Shown here piece by piece: positions 29,104 through 37,958 of a stretch of DNA of 64,000 nucleotides. The DNA lies in assembly GCA_023485405.1 (NCBI GenBank), contig JAMCZU010000035.1, positions 1,519-65,518 on the forward strand, in the 5' to 3' direction. Within the stretch, counting starts at the first letter, position 1. Each line of letters starts with the position of its first letter. The position numbers and the translations under genes were made by a program. Below the pieces are notes generated by a model that worked only from the letters and a program-made list of their open reading frames with translations, was not told where the DNA came from and ran no database searches. This stretch comes from Patescibacteria group bacterium. GTDB taxonomy: Bacteria > Patescibacteriota > UBA1384 > UBA12157 > JAENIV01.

Positions 29104-29388
29104 CTTTCCAGCCCTCTCCGCCGCAGCGGACCCGCGTCTAGCGGGCTTTCAAATTGTTCAGGAACATTCCCCAAAACTGCCTAAAGTATACCAGGCAATA
29201 AACCATTTGTCTACTATTTTTAATATTTATCTCGAACAAAAACCGAAAGTTATCCACACTTCCATTTAATTACAAAAAATATGATAATGTATTTGTGGTT
29301 CAAATAAATGATTATTTAATCATTAAATTCATTACTGAAGATACATATTTTTTAGGTAAAATGATCGCTAATTTAGGAAAGAGGTAAA

Positions 29389-30324
29389 ATGCATCCATTT
29401 GAAAAAATGTTAAGTGTTTCTAGCGAAAGCATTAATTATATTTTGTCAGGTTTTTCAGAAATTGAATGGTCTGAGTTTTTATTGAATCCTAGAAGATTGC
29501 GTGGAAGTGATTTTTTAATGAGATGGTCTCAAGGTGTGTGGAGTGAACACCGTCTTATGGATGGTATAAATTCCTCTAATGATTTTTATGCGATTCCATA
29601 TGGTCCAAGCGGGACTGCACCTCACGACGATGTTAGGGCTTTTGAACTATATTTTGAAAGATTAGAAGCCGCAGGGTTAGGTAATATAAAAAGACCCGAT
29701 CTTTTAATATTTAAGAAACAAGATAAATTAGAAGTAGAAAAAATTATTGAGAGGTATAATGGCTTAGCAGAATTACCTTTTATCAAGGAAGAGAGTCTTA
29801 AACCTCTGCTGTCCAAGGCTATTATTGGTGTTGAATGTGAAAATAGTTTATGGAAAGCAGAAAAAATGCCTGATTTTAATACAGCACTTAGACCTCAAAA
29901 GCGTCTCGAAGGAAAACTTGGTTTGGCGAAAAATGCAGTATTACCAACAATTATAATTAAAGAGGAAGATAGGGAGCCACTAAAAAAATGGCAAGAAATG
30001 AATAAATTACCAATTCATATTTGGCATGTTTTTTATGACCGTGCATATGGAATTTCTTTAAATGAAGCCGAGCGATTAATAAAAGAGAGAGTAGTTTTAC
30101 CTACTATACAAATATTTCAAGCACCGGGAGGAGCAACTACTCAAAAGGCAATTTATAAACTCTACTACCATTATGGTTATCCTCTAGGTAAAGCGACTCA
30201 AGAGCCACAACTGCTTTCGGCTTACGTAGAAGATAAAAATGGACACATTCTTCCATATGTAAAATTCGATGGTGGTAGTTTGAAAATTTCTGAGGAATGC
30301 TTAAATGTATTACATAAGTTTTAA
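29389..30324 (+). CDS. Putative type II restriction endonuclease, assigned by genomic context
   Basis: 311-aa ORF immediately upstream of the MTase (2-nt gap, same strand) in a very AT-rich block. No conserved motif could be assigned by eye. Confidence 0.4.
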   Translation: MHPFEKMLSVSSESINYILSGFSEIEWSEFLLNPRRLRGSDFLMRWSQGVWSEHRLMDGINSSNDFYAIPYGPSGTAPHDDVRAFELYFERLEAAGLGNIKRPDLLIFKKQDKLEVEKIIERYNGLAELPFIKEESLKPLLSKAIIGVECENSLWKAEKMPDFNTALRPQKRLEGKLGLAKNAVLPTIIIKEEDREPLKKWQEMNKLPIHIWHVFYDRAYGISLNEAERLIKERVVLPTIQIFQAPGGATTQKAIYKLYYHYGYPLGKATQEPQLLSAYVEDKNGHILPYVKFDGGSLKISEECLNVLHKF

Positions 30325-30326
30325 CT

Positions 30327-31826
30327 ATGAGTAACAAAAATCGAGAAGAATTAAGAAATTTGGGCCAATTTTGGACACCAGGATGGATTGCCAAAGTCAT
30401 GGTGGCTTATTTTCTTGATGGCAAACAAAAAGAGATTTTTGATCCTGCGGTTGGAACAGGTGCTTTTTATACAGCATTGAAAGAGCTGGATAAAAAAAGA
30501 CAAATCAAATTTTACGGTACTGATATTGATAAAAATGTGATAAAAGATGCTTTTAACCATAAAATTTTTGATAATAAAAGTGTAGTAGAAGTAAGAGATT
30601 TTATTAAGGAACCACCAACAAAAAAAATTTCTGCAATTATTGCTAATCCTCCCTATATTAGACATCATCGTTTATCGGCAGACACAAAGAAATTGTTAAA
30701 ACAAATTAGCTATAAGTACACAGGCTACGATATAGATGGGAGAGCAGGAATTCATATTTATTTCCTAATTCAATCATTGGGTTTATTGAAAAATGGCGGA
30801 AAACTATCTTTTATAATGCCTTCAGATACCTGTGAAGGTGTATTTGCAAAAAAATTATGGAACTGGATAGGAAATAATTACTGTATTGAAAAAGTTATTA
30901 CTTTTGAAAGTGAAGCTACACCTTTTCCGAATATTGATACCAATGCTATAATATTTTTTATTTCGAAAAATCCTAAACAATCAGTTTTTGAATGGGTTAG
31001 AGTTAAAAAAGAGTCAGGTCAATTATTGAATTATTTATTAAACAAAAATTGTGATTTTTCTGATTTAGAAATAATTAAGAGAGATACTGAAGAAGCTTTA
31101 TTCACGGGAATGTCAAGAAGACCAACGGAAAGAAGCCAATACAAATATAGATTAAGTGATTTTGCAAAAGTAATAAGAGGTATTGCATCAGGGGCTAATG
31201 ATTATTTTTTCATTACGAAGCAAAAAGCCGAAGAGTTAGGGATTCCAGGTAGGTATTTAAAGTCAGCATTAGGTAGGACAAGAGATATGGAAGGAAGTGT
31301 TATTACGCTTAATGATTTAAAAAAATTAGAAGAAAAAGGTCGTCCTACTTTATTATTATCACTTGATAATCAACGAAAAGAAGATTTACCAAAGTCATTA
31401 AGAAATTATATTGAAATAGGAGAAAAAAATAATTTACAGTATAAAGCTCTTATTTCAACAAGAAATCCTTGGTATAAAATGGAAAAAAGAAAACCTCCAA
31501 AATTTCTTTTTGCTTATCTTGGTAGAAGAAACGCAAGGTTTGTAATGAACCAAGCTGGTGTAATACCTTTAACAAGTTTTCTTTGTGTATATCCGTTATT
31601 TGATGATAAAAAGTATGTTAATAAATTATGGCAGATTTTAAACAATCCTAAAACAATCAATAATTTGAAACTTGTTGGAAAATCTTATGGTTCTGGTGCA
31701 GTTAAGGTAGAACCAAGATCACTGGCTAATTTACCGATTCCTGAAGAAGTCGTAAGGCGGGTAGGTATTGAACCAATGTATACAAAAGAACAACAAAAAA
31801 CATTATTCGAATTTGCGTATTCTTAA
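30327..31826 (+). CDS. N6-adenine DNA methyltransferase, gamma class (TaqI/Eco57I-like)
   Basis: Motif X GQFWTP, motif I FDPAVGTGAF, motif IV NPPY (IIANPPYIRHH). Confidence 0.8.
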   Translation: MSNKNREELRNLGQFWTPGWIAKVMVAYFLDGKQKEIFDPAVGTGAFYTALKELDKKRQIKFYGTDIDKNVIKDAFNHKIFDNKSVVEVRDFIKEPPTKKISAIIANPPYIRHHRLSADTKKLLKQISYKYTGYDIDGRAGIHIYFLIQSLGLLKNGGKLSFIMPSDTCEGVFAKKLWNWIGNNYCIEKVITFESEATPFPNIDTNAIIFFISKNPKQSVFEWVRVKKESGQLLNYLLNKNCDFSDLEIIKRDTEEALFTGMSRRPTERSQYKYRLSDFAKVIRGIASGANDYFFITKQKAEELGIPGRYLKSALGRTRDMEGSVITLNDLKKLEEKGRPTLLLSLDNQRKEDLPKSLRNYIEIGEKNNLQYKALISTRNPWYKMEKRKPPKFLFAYLGRRNARFVMNQAGVIPLTSFLCVYPLFDDKKYVNKLWQILNNPKTINNLKLVGKSYGSGAVKVEPRSLANLPIPEEVVRRVGIEPMYTKEQQKTLFEFAYS

Positions 31827-31884
31827 AATAAGAATTTACGAAAAGAAAAATCGAGAAAATTATTAAAGAAGGCGGTGAGTAAAA

Positions 31885-32127
31885 ATGTCTGAGTTGAAAG
31901 AATATATTGAAGATGTATTATTACAGATCGAGAAGGGGAAAGGAAATCATGATGTTTGGGGATCTGTGTATTTTGATATTGCAACAGTAAAAGAAAAGAA
32001 AGGGGGAGGAAAGATCGGAGTAAGTGTTCTTGGACTTGCAGGAGGTATAAAAAATGAGTCGGTATCTAGAATCCAATTTAAAATAAAAATGCAAGGAGCC
32101 CATGGTGGACCAGACGCATTTAAATAA
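31885..32127 (+). CDS. Small hypothetical protein (80 aa, Gly-rich), first gene of the TIR cassette
   Basis: AAGAAGG RBS. No family recognised. Confidence 0.45.
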   Translation: MSELKEYIEDVLLQIEKGKGNHDVWGSVYFDIATVKEKKGGGKIGVSVLGLAGGIKNESVSRIQFKIKMQGAHGGPDAFK

Positions 32128-32224
32128 AAATTGTTAAGGAATTAGTAAAAAGGTAGATGCAGACGTTTAATGTTTGGTTAAACACTGTCTTAAACTCAAG
32201 TAAAGAAGTAATGAAAGGATTATT

Positions 32225-32644
32225 GTGAAAAAAGTATTTGTTAGCTTTGACTACGAAAACGATAAACAATACAAGTATCTGCTTGAAGCATGGGATGCTA
32301 ATGACAAATTTGAATTCAAATTTTATGATTTGACACCTAATGAAATTCGAAGTGAAGATATTGGTAGAATTAAGGCTGGTCTCACAGCTAAAATAAAGCA
32401 AGCGACACATACTTTAGTGATTGTTGGAAAAGAAGCAAATAGATTACATCTTTCTTCAGAAGAAATCGGATTTAGAAATTGGATAAATTTTGAGGTTCGT
32501 CAAAGCATTAATGAGGGAAATAAAATTGCCATCATAAAGCTCTCGAGTAATTGTGCTTTACCGGAAGAATTATCTGGCGAACATTACTGGTATATAACTG
32601 GTTTTTCCGAAAAAAATGTAGCAAAAGTGCTTGAGGCCGAATAA
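32225..32644 (+). CDS. TIR-like domain protein (MTH538/DUF1863 type, ThsB-like). GTG start.
   Basis: N-terminal KVFVSFDYEND and W-x3-E (RNWINFEV) motifs characteristic of TIR/TIR-like NADase folds. AAAGGA RBS. Confidence 0.6.
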   Translation: MKKVFVSFDYENDKQYKYLLEAWDANDKFEFKFYDLTPNEIRSEDIGRIKAGLTAKIKQATHTLVIVGKEANRLHLSSEEIGFRNWINFEVRQSINEGNKIAIIKLSSNCALPEELSGEHYWYITGFSEKNVAKVLEAE

Positions 32645-32645
32645 A

Positions 32646-33266
32646 ATGAAAGAAATAGTATGCCAGATATTATTTGAGCACTACAATGATTCTTATCAAA
32701 TAAATCAAGCTAAAATTAAGCAAAGGGATAGGTTATTTGCTTATCTTTTGGTTGTTTTAGTCTTATTGCTTTTTGAAATTTATTCTCCTGAAAATGCTTC
32801 CGCAATTTTGTTGCAAACTATTTCTATTAAACTCGGGTTAAATACTCCTATTGATTTTGCTTTTTTAGGTACTATTATATGGTTTCTTTTACTATGTTTA
32901 CTCATCAGATATTTACAAACTGTTGTAGCAATAGAAAGAGGTTATTCTTACATTCACGATCTTGAAAACGAAATCTCAAATTTTATAAATCAAAAGAAGT
33001 TTTGTCGAGAAGGATATGCTTATCTTGACGATTATCCATTATTCTTAAATTGGGCTTCAAGTTTATTTAAAATAGTTTTTCCAGTAATTCTTTTATTCAT
33101 CGCTTCATATAAGATTTATATTGAAATTTCTAGTTTTAAAAAGAGTGTAACTTTTCTAGCTATTTTAGATTTTATTTTTTACTTAGCTATAGTTATCTCT
33201 TTAATAATTTGCTTTATATTTTCTAAGAAAAATAAAGAAATAAAAAATCATCGAGGGTTAAAATGA
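32646..33266 (+). CDS. Polytopic membrane protein (4-5 TM helices), hypothetical. TTG 32631 is an alternative start.
   Basis: Hydrophobic helices. Lies immediately downstream of the TIR-like gene and overlaps it. Confidence 0.5.
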   Translation: MKEIVCQILFEHYNDSYQINQAKIKQRDRLFAYLLVVLVLLLFEIYSPENASAILLQTISIKLGLNTPIDFAFLGTIIWFLLLCLLIRYLQTVVAIERGYSYIHDLENEISNFINQKKFCREGYAYLDDYPLFLNWASSLFKIVFPVILLFIASYKIYIEISSFKKSVTFLAILDFIFYLAIVISLIICFIFSKKNKEIKNHRGLK

Positions 33267-33502
33267 AACGGTTAATATTAAATATCTTTACTCTAATTTC
33301 TTTGCTGGTTGCGTTATTTTCCGGTTTTGCTTTAATTGCTTCCTTGAAAAAAGATGTATATTTAGGGCTTGCAACTCATTTTTGGCTTGACATCCATGTT
33401 GTATTTGGTTCAGCCATTATTATTCTTTTAATCCTACAAATAATTTTAAACCGAGCATGGATATTTAAAATGTTTAAAAAAATTAGGGAGGAGAAAAAAT
33501 GA
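33263..33502 (+). CDS. Small 2-TM membrane protein (79 aa)
   Basis: ATGA overlap with the upstream gene. Two hydrophobic helices. Confidence 0.5.
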   Translation: MKRLILNIFTLISLLVALFSGFALIASLKKDVYLGLATHFWLDIHVVFGSAIIILLILQIILNRAWIFKMFKKIREEKK

Positions 33503-33671
33503 ACAAGAAAATTGACAAAGAAAAATGGGCTAAACTATTAGCCAGTAAAACACCCGAAACTCATGCTGCCGTGATGCAAAAATTGGGCATTACGCCAGAA
33601 GAAGACAGAAGATGGCACGAAGAAAATGGTGGCGAATCTGCCGACTTTAGCAAGTTAAAATCAAATTCCTA
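33498..33671 (+). CDS. Small soluble protein (57 aa)
   Basis: Strong GGGAGGAG RBS. ATGA overlap with the upstream gene. Followed by the palindrome P2. Confidence 0.45.
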
Positions 33672-33718
33672 ACCTCTCGCTTACACTTCCGAAGTGTAAG
33701 TGGTAGAAAAATCAAGGA

Positions 33719-34066
33719 ATGAAAAATAATCGAACAATTGATATTATTAAAGACATTTATTATCGTCTAAGTGTCTTGCCGCTGATGTTTTCGTTTTGGA
33801 TTTTAATTATTATTTGGCGGTATCGAATTGAAAAAAATAAAAATCGGTTGTTTGAAAATCGCCAGAAACTTGATCGCATTTGGTATCTTAGTGGTTATTT
33901 AAAAGGTGTTAAGTATCGTCGAGAACAAGCTAAATTAAAAAAAATTGAAAAGATTTTTTTGCGTCTTGAAGAAAGTGCGAAAAAAGACGAAGGGCGTTAT
34001 GAAAAGCAAAAAGAACTTTTCGACAAATATTTTAGTAAGGTTTTTGATCCAAGCATTGGTAAATAA
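33719..34066 (+). CDS. Membrane-anchored hypothetical protein (115 aa)
   Basis: AAGGA RBS. N-terminal TM helix followed by a charged coiled region. Confidence 0.5.
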   Translation: MKNNRTIDIIKDIYYRLSVLPLMFSFWILIIIWRYRIEKNKNRLFENRQKLDRIWYLSGYLKGVKYRREQAKLKKIEKIFLRLEESAKKDEGRYEKQKELFDKYFSKVFDPSIGK

Positions 34067-34219
34067 TCTAACATCTGCCACCTATGAAGTGGAATATGGT
34101 AAAATAGAAATAAAGTAAAGTCATTATAGAAAAGTGATAGTAAAGCGTGAATATGATGATAAAAATAGCTATATTCACGATATATTGACAAGTATCCGTG
34201 AATATGATAAAATTTAGGT

Positions 34220-35092
34220 ATGGTAAACAATGATATTAAACAAAGAATTAATAATTTAAAAAAGCAATATGATTCTTTAAAGATTGGCAAAGGATCTCTT
34301 TTGGATATACTATCGGAAGCGGAGATTCCGGAGTCAGTCTATAACTCAAATGCTATTGAAAACTCAACCCTAACTATAGAGGAAACGGAAAAAATTCTTT
34401 TAGAACTTGAAGTTATGCGTAAGGTGTCTGTTCGAGAAGTTTTTGAAGCCAAGAATTTAGCTAGAGTTTTTGAATATATTAAAGATAAAATCCTAAGTAA
34501 AGATTTAGATAAGGAACTAATTTTATTTCTACACAAAATGTTGATTAGTGGTATAAATGATGATTATGCTGGTAGATTTCGAAAGTCAGGTGAATATGTC
34601 AGAGTCGGGACACATATTGCTCCCGCTCCAGAACGCGTATTATTAATGATTAAATCGGCTCTATTGGATTATTCGAGTGATCATACTTCATATTTTATTG
34701 AAAAAATTGCAAAATTTCATTTAAAATTTGAACATATTCATCCATTTTGTGATGGTAATGGTAGAATTGGCAGAGTCTTAATAAACTATTCGCTGATGCA
34801 GCTTGGATTTCCGCCGGTTATTATTCGTGATAAAGAAAAGCATCTTTACTATAAAACTTTTAAAGAATTTAAAGATTATAAGAAAACAGCAGGGATGGAA
34901 AGTATTTTATATCTTGCTCTTTTAGAATCGTTAAATAAAAGGATTGCTTATCTGCAAGGTAATAAGATTATCGCATTATCTGAATATGCCAAAAATACAG
35001 ATCAACCTTTGAATATTTTATTAAATAAAGCAAAGCGTCAAACCACAGCTGCTTTTCGAGAAAAAGGCATTTGGAAAATAGGGCAGAAATAA
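34220..35092 (+). CDS. Fic/Doc-family protein (AMPylation-type toxin fold)
   Basis: Canonical Fic motif HPFCDGNGRIGR. Confidence 0.8.
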   Translation: MVNNDIKQRINNLKKQYDSLKIGKGSLLDILSEAEIPESVYNSNAIENSTLTIEETEKILLELEVMRKVSVREVFEAKNLARVFEYIKDKILSKDLDKELILFLHKMLISGINDDYAGRFRKSGEYVRVGTHIAPAPERVLLMIKSALLDYSSDHTSYFIEKIAKFHLKFEHIHPFCDGNGRIGRVLINYSLMQLGFPPVIIRDKEKHLYYKTFKEFKDYKKTAGMESILYLALLESLNKRIAYLQGNKIIALSEYAKNTDQPLNILLNKAKRQTTAAFREKGIWKIGQK

Positions 35093-35172
35093 AAAAAATT
35101 TGTGGGACAACTCTCTCTTGCTCTCAAAATTTGCTAAAATAATATTAAGCAAAAAAAATATCGAGGAGAATT

Positions 35173-35832
35173 ATGTATAAACTATCACCATCGGATTTTG
35201 CTTATTTATATGAAGAATGCAAGCTTTGTTATTGTCTAAAGGTTAAAGAGAATATTTACCAACCAAGCATGCCAATGCCTGGTGTTTTTTCGGCGATCAA
35301 TACTCGTTTGCAAGGTAATTTAGTTGGTAAAAATTTAAGAACTTTGTCTCGCAATTTACCGGAGGGAGTTGTGGTAACTCAAGAAGGCTGGGTCGAGTCA
35401 GTAGTTGTGCCAGGAACCAATGTTTTTATCAAAGGTAAATACGATCTTTTGGTGAAAAATAGTGATGGTACGCATACTTTAGTTGATCTAAAAATTAGTC
35501 AGCCGGTCGAAGATAAAATTGAAAAATACAAAACACAATTAGGCGCTTATAAATTTGCACTGGAAAATCCCGCCAGTGGTGAAAAGATTAAGATTTCTAG
35601 ATTGGGACTTTTGATTTTTTACCCAGATACTGTCACTTTTGAAAATGGAGTTGCACGGCTCGATTTTCCGCCAAAGTGGCTAGAAATTGCTTGTGACGAT
35701 ACGAATTTTACTAATTTCATTAAAGATGTTGATAAACTTCTAACTGGGCCATTACCGGACGAAGATCAAAATTGCAAATGGTGCGCTTATCGTCATACTG
35801 GAGAAAATATAATTCATAAGGAGGAAAAATGA
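35173..35832 (+). CDS. Cas4-like PD-(D/E)xK nuclease (DUF83/RecB-family fold with Fe-S-type cysteines). No CRISPR array or cas1/cas2 genes are present.
   Basis: Core GKYDLLV...DLKIS (D...E/DxK). N-terminal CKLCYC and C-terminal CKWC cysteines resemble the Cas4 4Fe-4S cluster arrangement. Confidence 0.5.
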   Translation: MYKLSPSDFAYLYEECKLCYCLKVKENIYQPSMPMPGVFSAINTRLQGNLVGKNLRTLSRNLPEGVVVTQEGWVESVVVPGTNVFIKGKYDLLVKNSDGTHTLVDLKISQPVEDKIEKYKTQLGAYKFALENPASGEKIKISRLGLLIFYPDTVTFENGVARLDFPPKWLEIACDDTNFTNFIKDVDKLLTGPLPDEDQNCKWCAYRHTGENIIHKEEK

Positions 35833-36005
35833 AAAACATTCATCATGGTGGATCGAATGCGGTCTATGGACTGGGTTTTATTGGCGCCGCTGTTTATTTT
35901 ATCAGTCAGGCAACCACATTTTGGCTCGGCGTACTCGGGTTTCTAAAAGCCATTGTCTGGCCCGCCTTTTTAGTCTACGAAGCCCTCAAATTTTTAGGCA
36001 AATAG
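35829..36005 (+). CDS. Small 2-TM membrane protein (58 aa)
   Basis: AAGGAGG RBS. ATGA overlap with the Cas4-like gene. Confidence 0.45.
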   Translation: MKNIHHGGSNAVYGLGFIGAAVYFISQATTFWLGVLGFLKAIVWPAFLVYEALKFLGK

Positions 36006-36045
36006 ACAAGTAAAAAAATCTCAAAACTAATAATCTTTAACCGAT

Positions 36046-36075
36046 ACACATCCCACTTCCAAGGTGGACCTTTTT
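36046..36075 (+). terminator. Intrinsic terminator cccacttccaaggtgg plus T6. The same core sequence recurs at 56144-56170.
   Basis: Hairpin followed by a T-run. Marks the end of the island operon. Confidence 0.6.
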
Positions 36076-36239
36076 TCAGGTTAGATGTTAGAAAAAATAG
36101 TATGCTATAGCTTGTTATTTAGGATACCTTACTTATAGTCGAAGCATGTTATTTTTAAATTAAAAAAATATTATTGAGGAATAAGTGATAAAAAATAAGC
36201 TTTGAACAAAAATATCCAAAGCTTATATGGTACCCCGCT

Positions 36240-36755
36240 TCATGCGGGACCGTCTAAAGATGCTCTTCCTGATGCCAGACCTATATATGAAGGGCGCTTA
36301 CTACCCAGGTCTCGACTCCATATATAACCACAATTGGCACACTTTCTTGTCTCGACATAGGTCACATTTTCATCTGGTACTTGATCATAGTACTCAATCA
36401 CTTCCACCCTTCGACTCGCATCACAAAGTATTTCCCGTCCATCGCATTTTTGGCAATGGAGATAGTCCTGATAAAAAATGTTCGAAAATGATTTTCCTAA
36501 TTCATCAAAGAGAATTCCCAGAGCCAAACAAGGACTTGCTATCGTCCATATAAGACACAAAAGCCAGACTATTAGGTTGTCTTCTTCAAACTTATTGTTG
36601 AAAAGATGTGCTAACGCTAGTTTGAATGTCCACGCCAAAAATAGTAAGCCAAGAGGCCAAAGCACACTACCTACAATACCCACTCTTCTTCTACACTTGG
36701 AGTACTTTGTTACCTGATCAATCTCCTCTTCAGATACGATAATCTTCAGTGACAT
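36240..36755 (-). CDS. Membrane protein with a C-terminal zinc-ribbon (HCQKCDG...CANCG), hypothetical
   Basis: AGGGAGG RBS at the internal ATG (MSLKII). Two TM helices. Hairpin terminator at 36199-36226 followed by a T-run. Confidence 0.45.
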   Translation of the reverse strand: MSLKIIVSEEEIDQVTKYSKCRRRVGIVGSVLWPLGLLFLAWTFKLALAHLFNNKFEEDNLIVWLLCLIWTIASPCLALGILFDELGKSFSNIFYQDYLHCQKCDGREILCDASRRVEVIEYYDQVPDENVTYVETRKCANCGYIWSRDLGSKRPSYIGLASGRASLDGPA

Positions 36756-37037
36756 CAGAATTTTCCTCCCTTTACTCATCAGTAAGCTACATCATAAACG
36801 ACGGCTTCGATGGCAGATTTGTCCTTTGATTAACTCAGGACGAAATTGTCAAAGAACAGCCTTGATTATAGTTCGGTTATAGTAAAAAGTCAATCGGTTG
36901 TACTCATCAAAAGCATTATTTAAGTTCAAACTTCCTATAAATAAAAACAGTCTGTAAATGTAGTATAGTTTCATATTAAGCACTCTATGTGATAATATAG
37001 ATATTAAATAAAAGAATTAATTAAAAAAGGAGTGATT

Positions 37038-37202
37038 ATGTCAATTGTATCGGAATCGGAATTCAAGGGAAATCCAATGATTGTGATTAAGCTTGATGAG
37101 GAAGATAAATTTCCTTTTCAATTCGGGGTCAAAAAAGCTAAATTAGTTTTAGAAAATATTGAAGAAATAAAAAAGTTTGTCGAAAGACACGACCGATCGT
37201 AA
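37038..37202 (+). CDS. Small hypothetical protein (54 aa)
   Basis: Strong AAGGAG RBS. Lies upstream of the CDGSH protein gene. Confidence 0.45.
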   Translation: MSIVSESEFKGNPMIVIKLDEEDKFPFQFGVKKAKLVLENIEEIKKFVERHDRS

Positions 37203-37232
37203 GTAGCGACTCTATTTCTAAAAAGAAATCAG

Positions 37233-37910
37233 ATGGACCAAATTAAGCAAGTACGTAAAATTAAAATTACGGAAAATGGACCGTATACGGTTTCCGGCAG
37301 TGTGCCGCTTTCGGAGGAAAAAATTGTCAATGATGCCGATGGATTCCCCTTAAAATGGGAGAAAATCAAAGAGCATCATTGCAAAGAAGAATATTCTCTT
37401 TGTCGTTGTGGCCATTCCAAAAACAAACCATTTTGTGATAAAAACCATAAAGAGATTAATTTTAATGGTGAAGAGACTGCCAGCAATGTACCTTTTGAAA
37501 AACAAGCAGAAACAATTGTTGGACCTGAATTAATTCTTAAAGATTCACCTCCACTTTGCGTTCACGCTCGTTTTTGTGATCGCGCTGGTGGAATTTGGGA
37601 CTTAGTTCAAAAATCAGATGAAAAAAAATCTAAAAAAATTGCGATCGAAGAGGCTTTTAATTGTCCGTCCGGTCGGTTAGTTGTCAAAGATAAAAAAACA
37701 GGGCAAGCCATTGAGCCAGAATTTGAGCAATCAATTTCGGCAACTGAAGATGCGGAAGGAATCGCTGGTCCTTTGTGGGTTAAGGATGGTATTCCAATTG
37801 AATCGGCCCAGGGCCAAACTTACGAAGTCAGAAATCGTATCACTCTTTGTCGTTGTGGCCATTCGAAAAACAAACCATTTTGTGATGGCTCACATTATTT
37901 AATTTCATAA
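37233..37910 (+). CDS. CDGSH-type iron-sulfur domain protein with two CDGSH-like motifs
   Basis: CRCGHSKNKPFCDKNH and CRCGHSKNKPFCDGSH. Confidence 0.8.
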   Translation: MDQIKQVRKIKITENGPYTVSGSVPLSEEKIVNDADGFPLKWEKIKEHHCKEEYSLCRCGHSKNKPFCDKNHKEINFNGEETASNVPFEKQAETIVGPELILKDSPPLCVHARFCDRAGGIWDLVQKSDEKKSKKIAIEEAFNCPSGRLVVKDKKTGQAIEPEFEQSISATEDAEGIAGPLWVKDGIPIESAQGQTYEVRNRITLCRCGHSKNKPFCDGSHYLIS

Positions 37911-37958
37911 AGTTCTCTTCCTTGCTAATTTCTCCTGATAGTGCTAATATTGGAGCTA

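Noticed and set aside
29057-29269. 70-aa plus-strand ORF overlapping the start of the PEP-CTERM gene
   Set aside because: It overlaps the better-supported minus-strand gene and its GC-rich leader, and it has no RBS.
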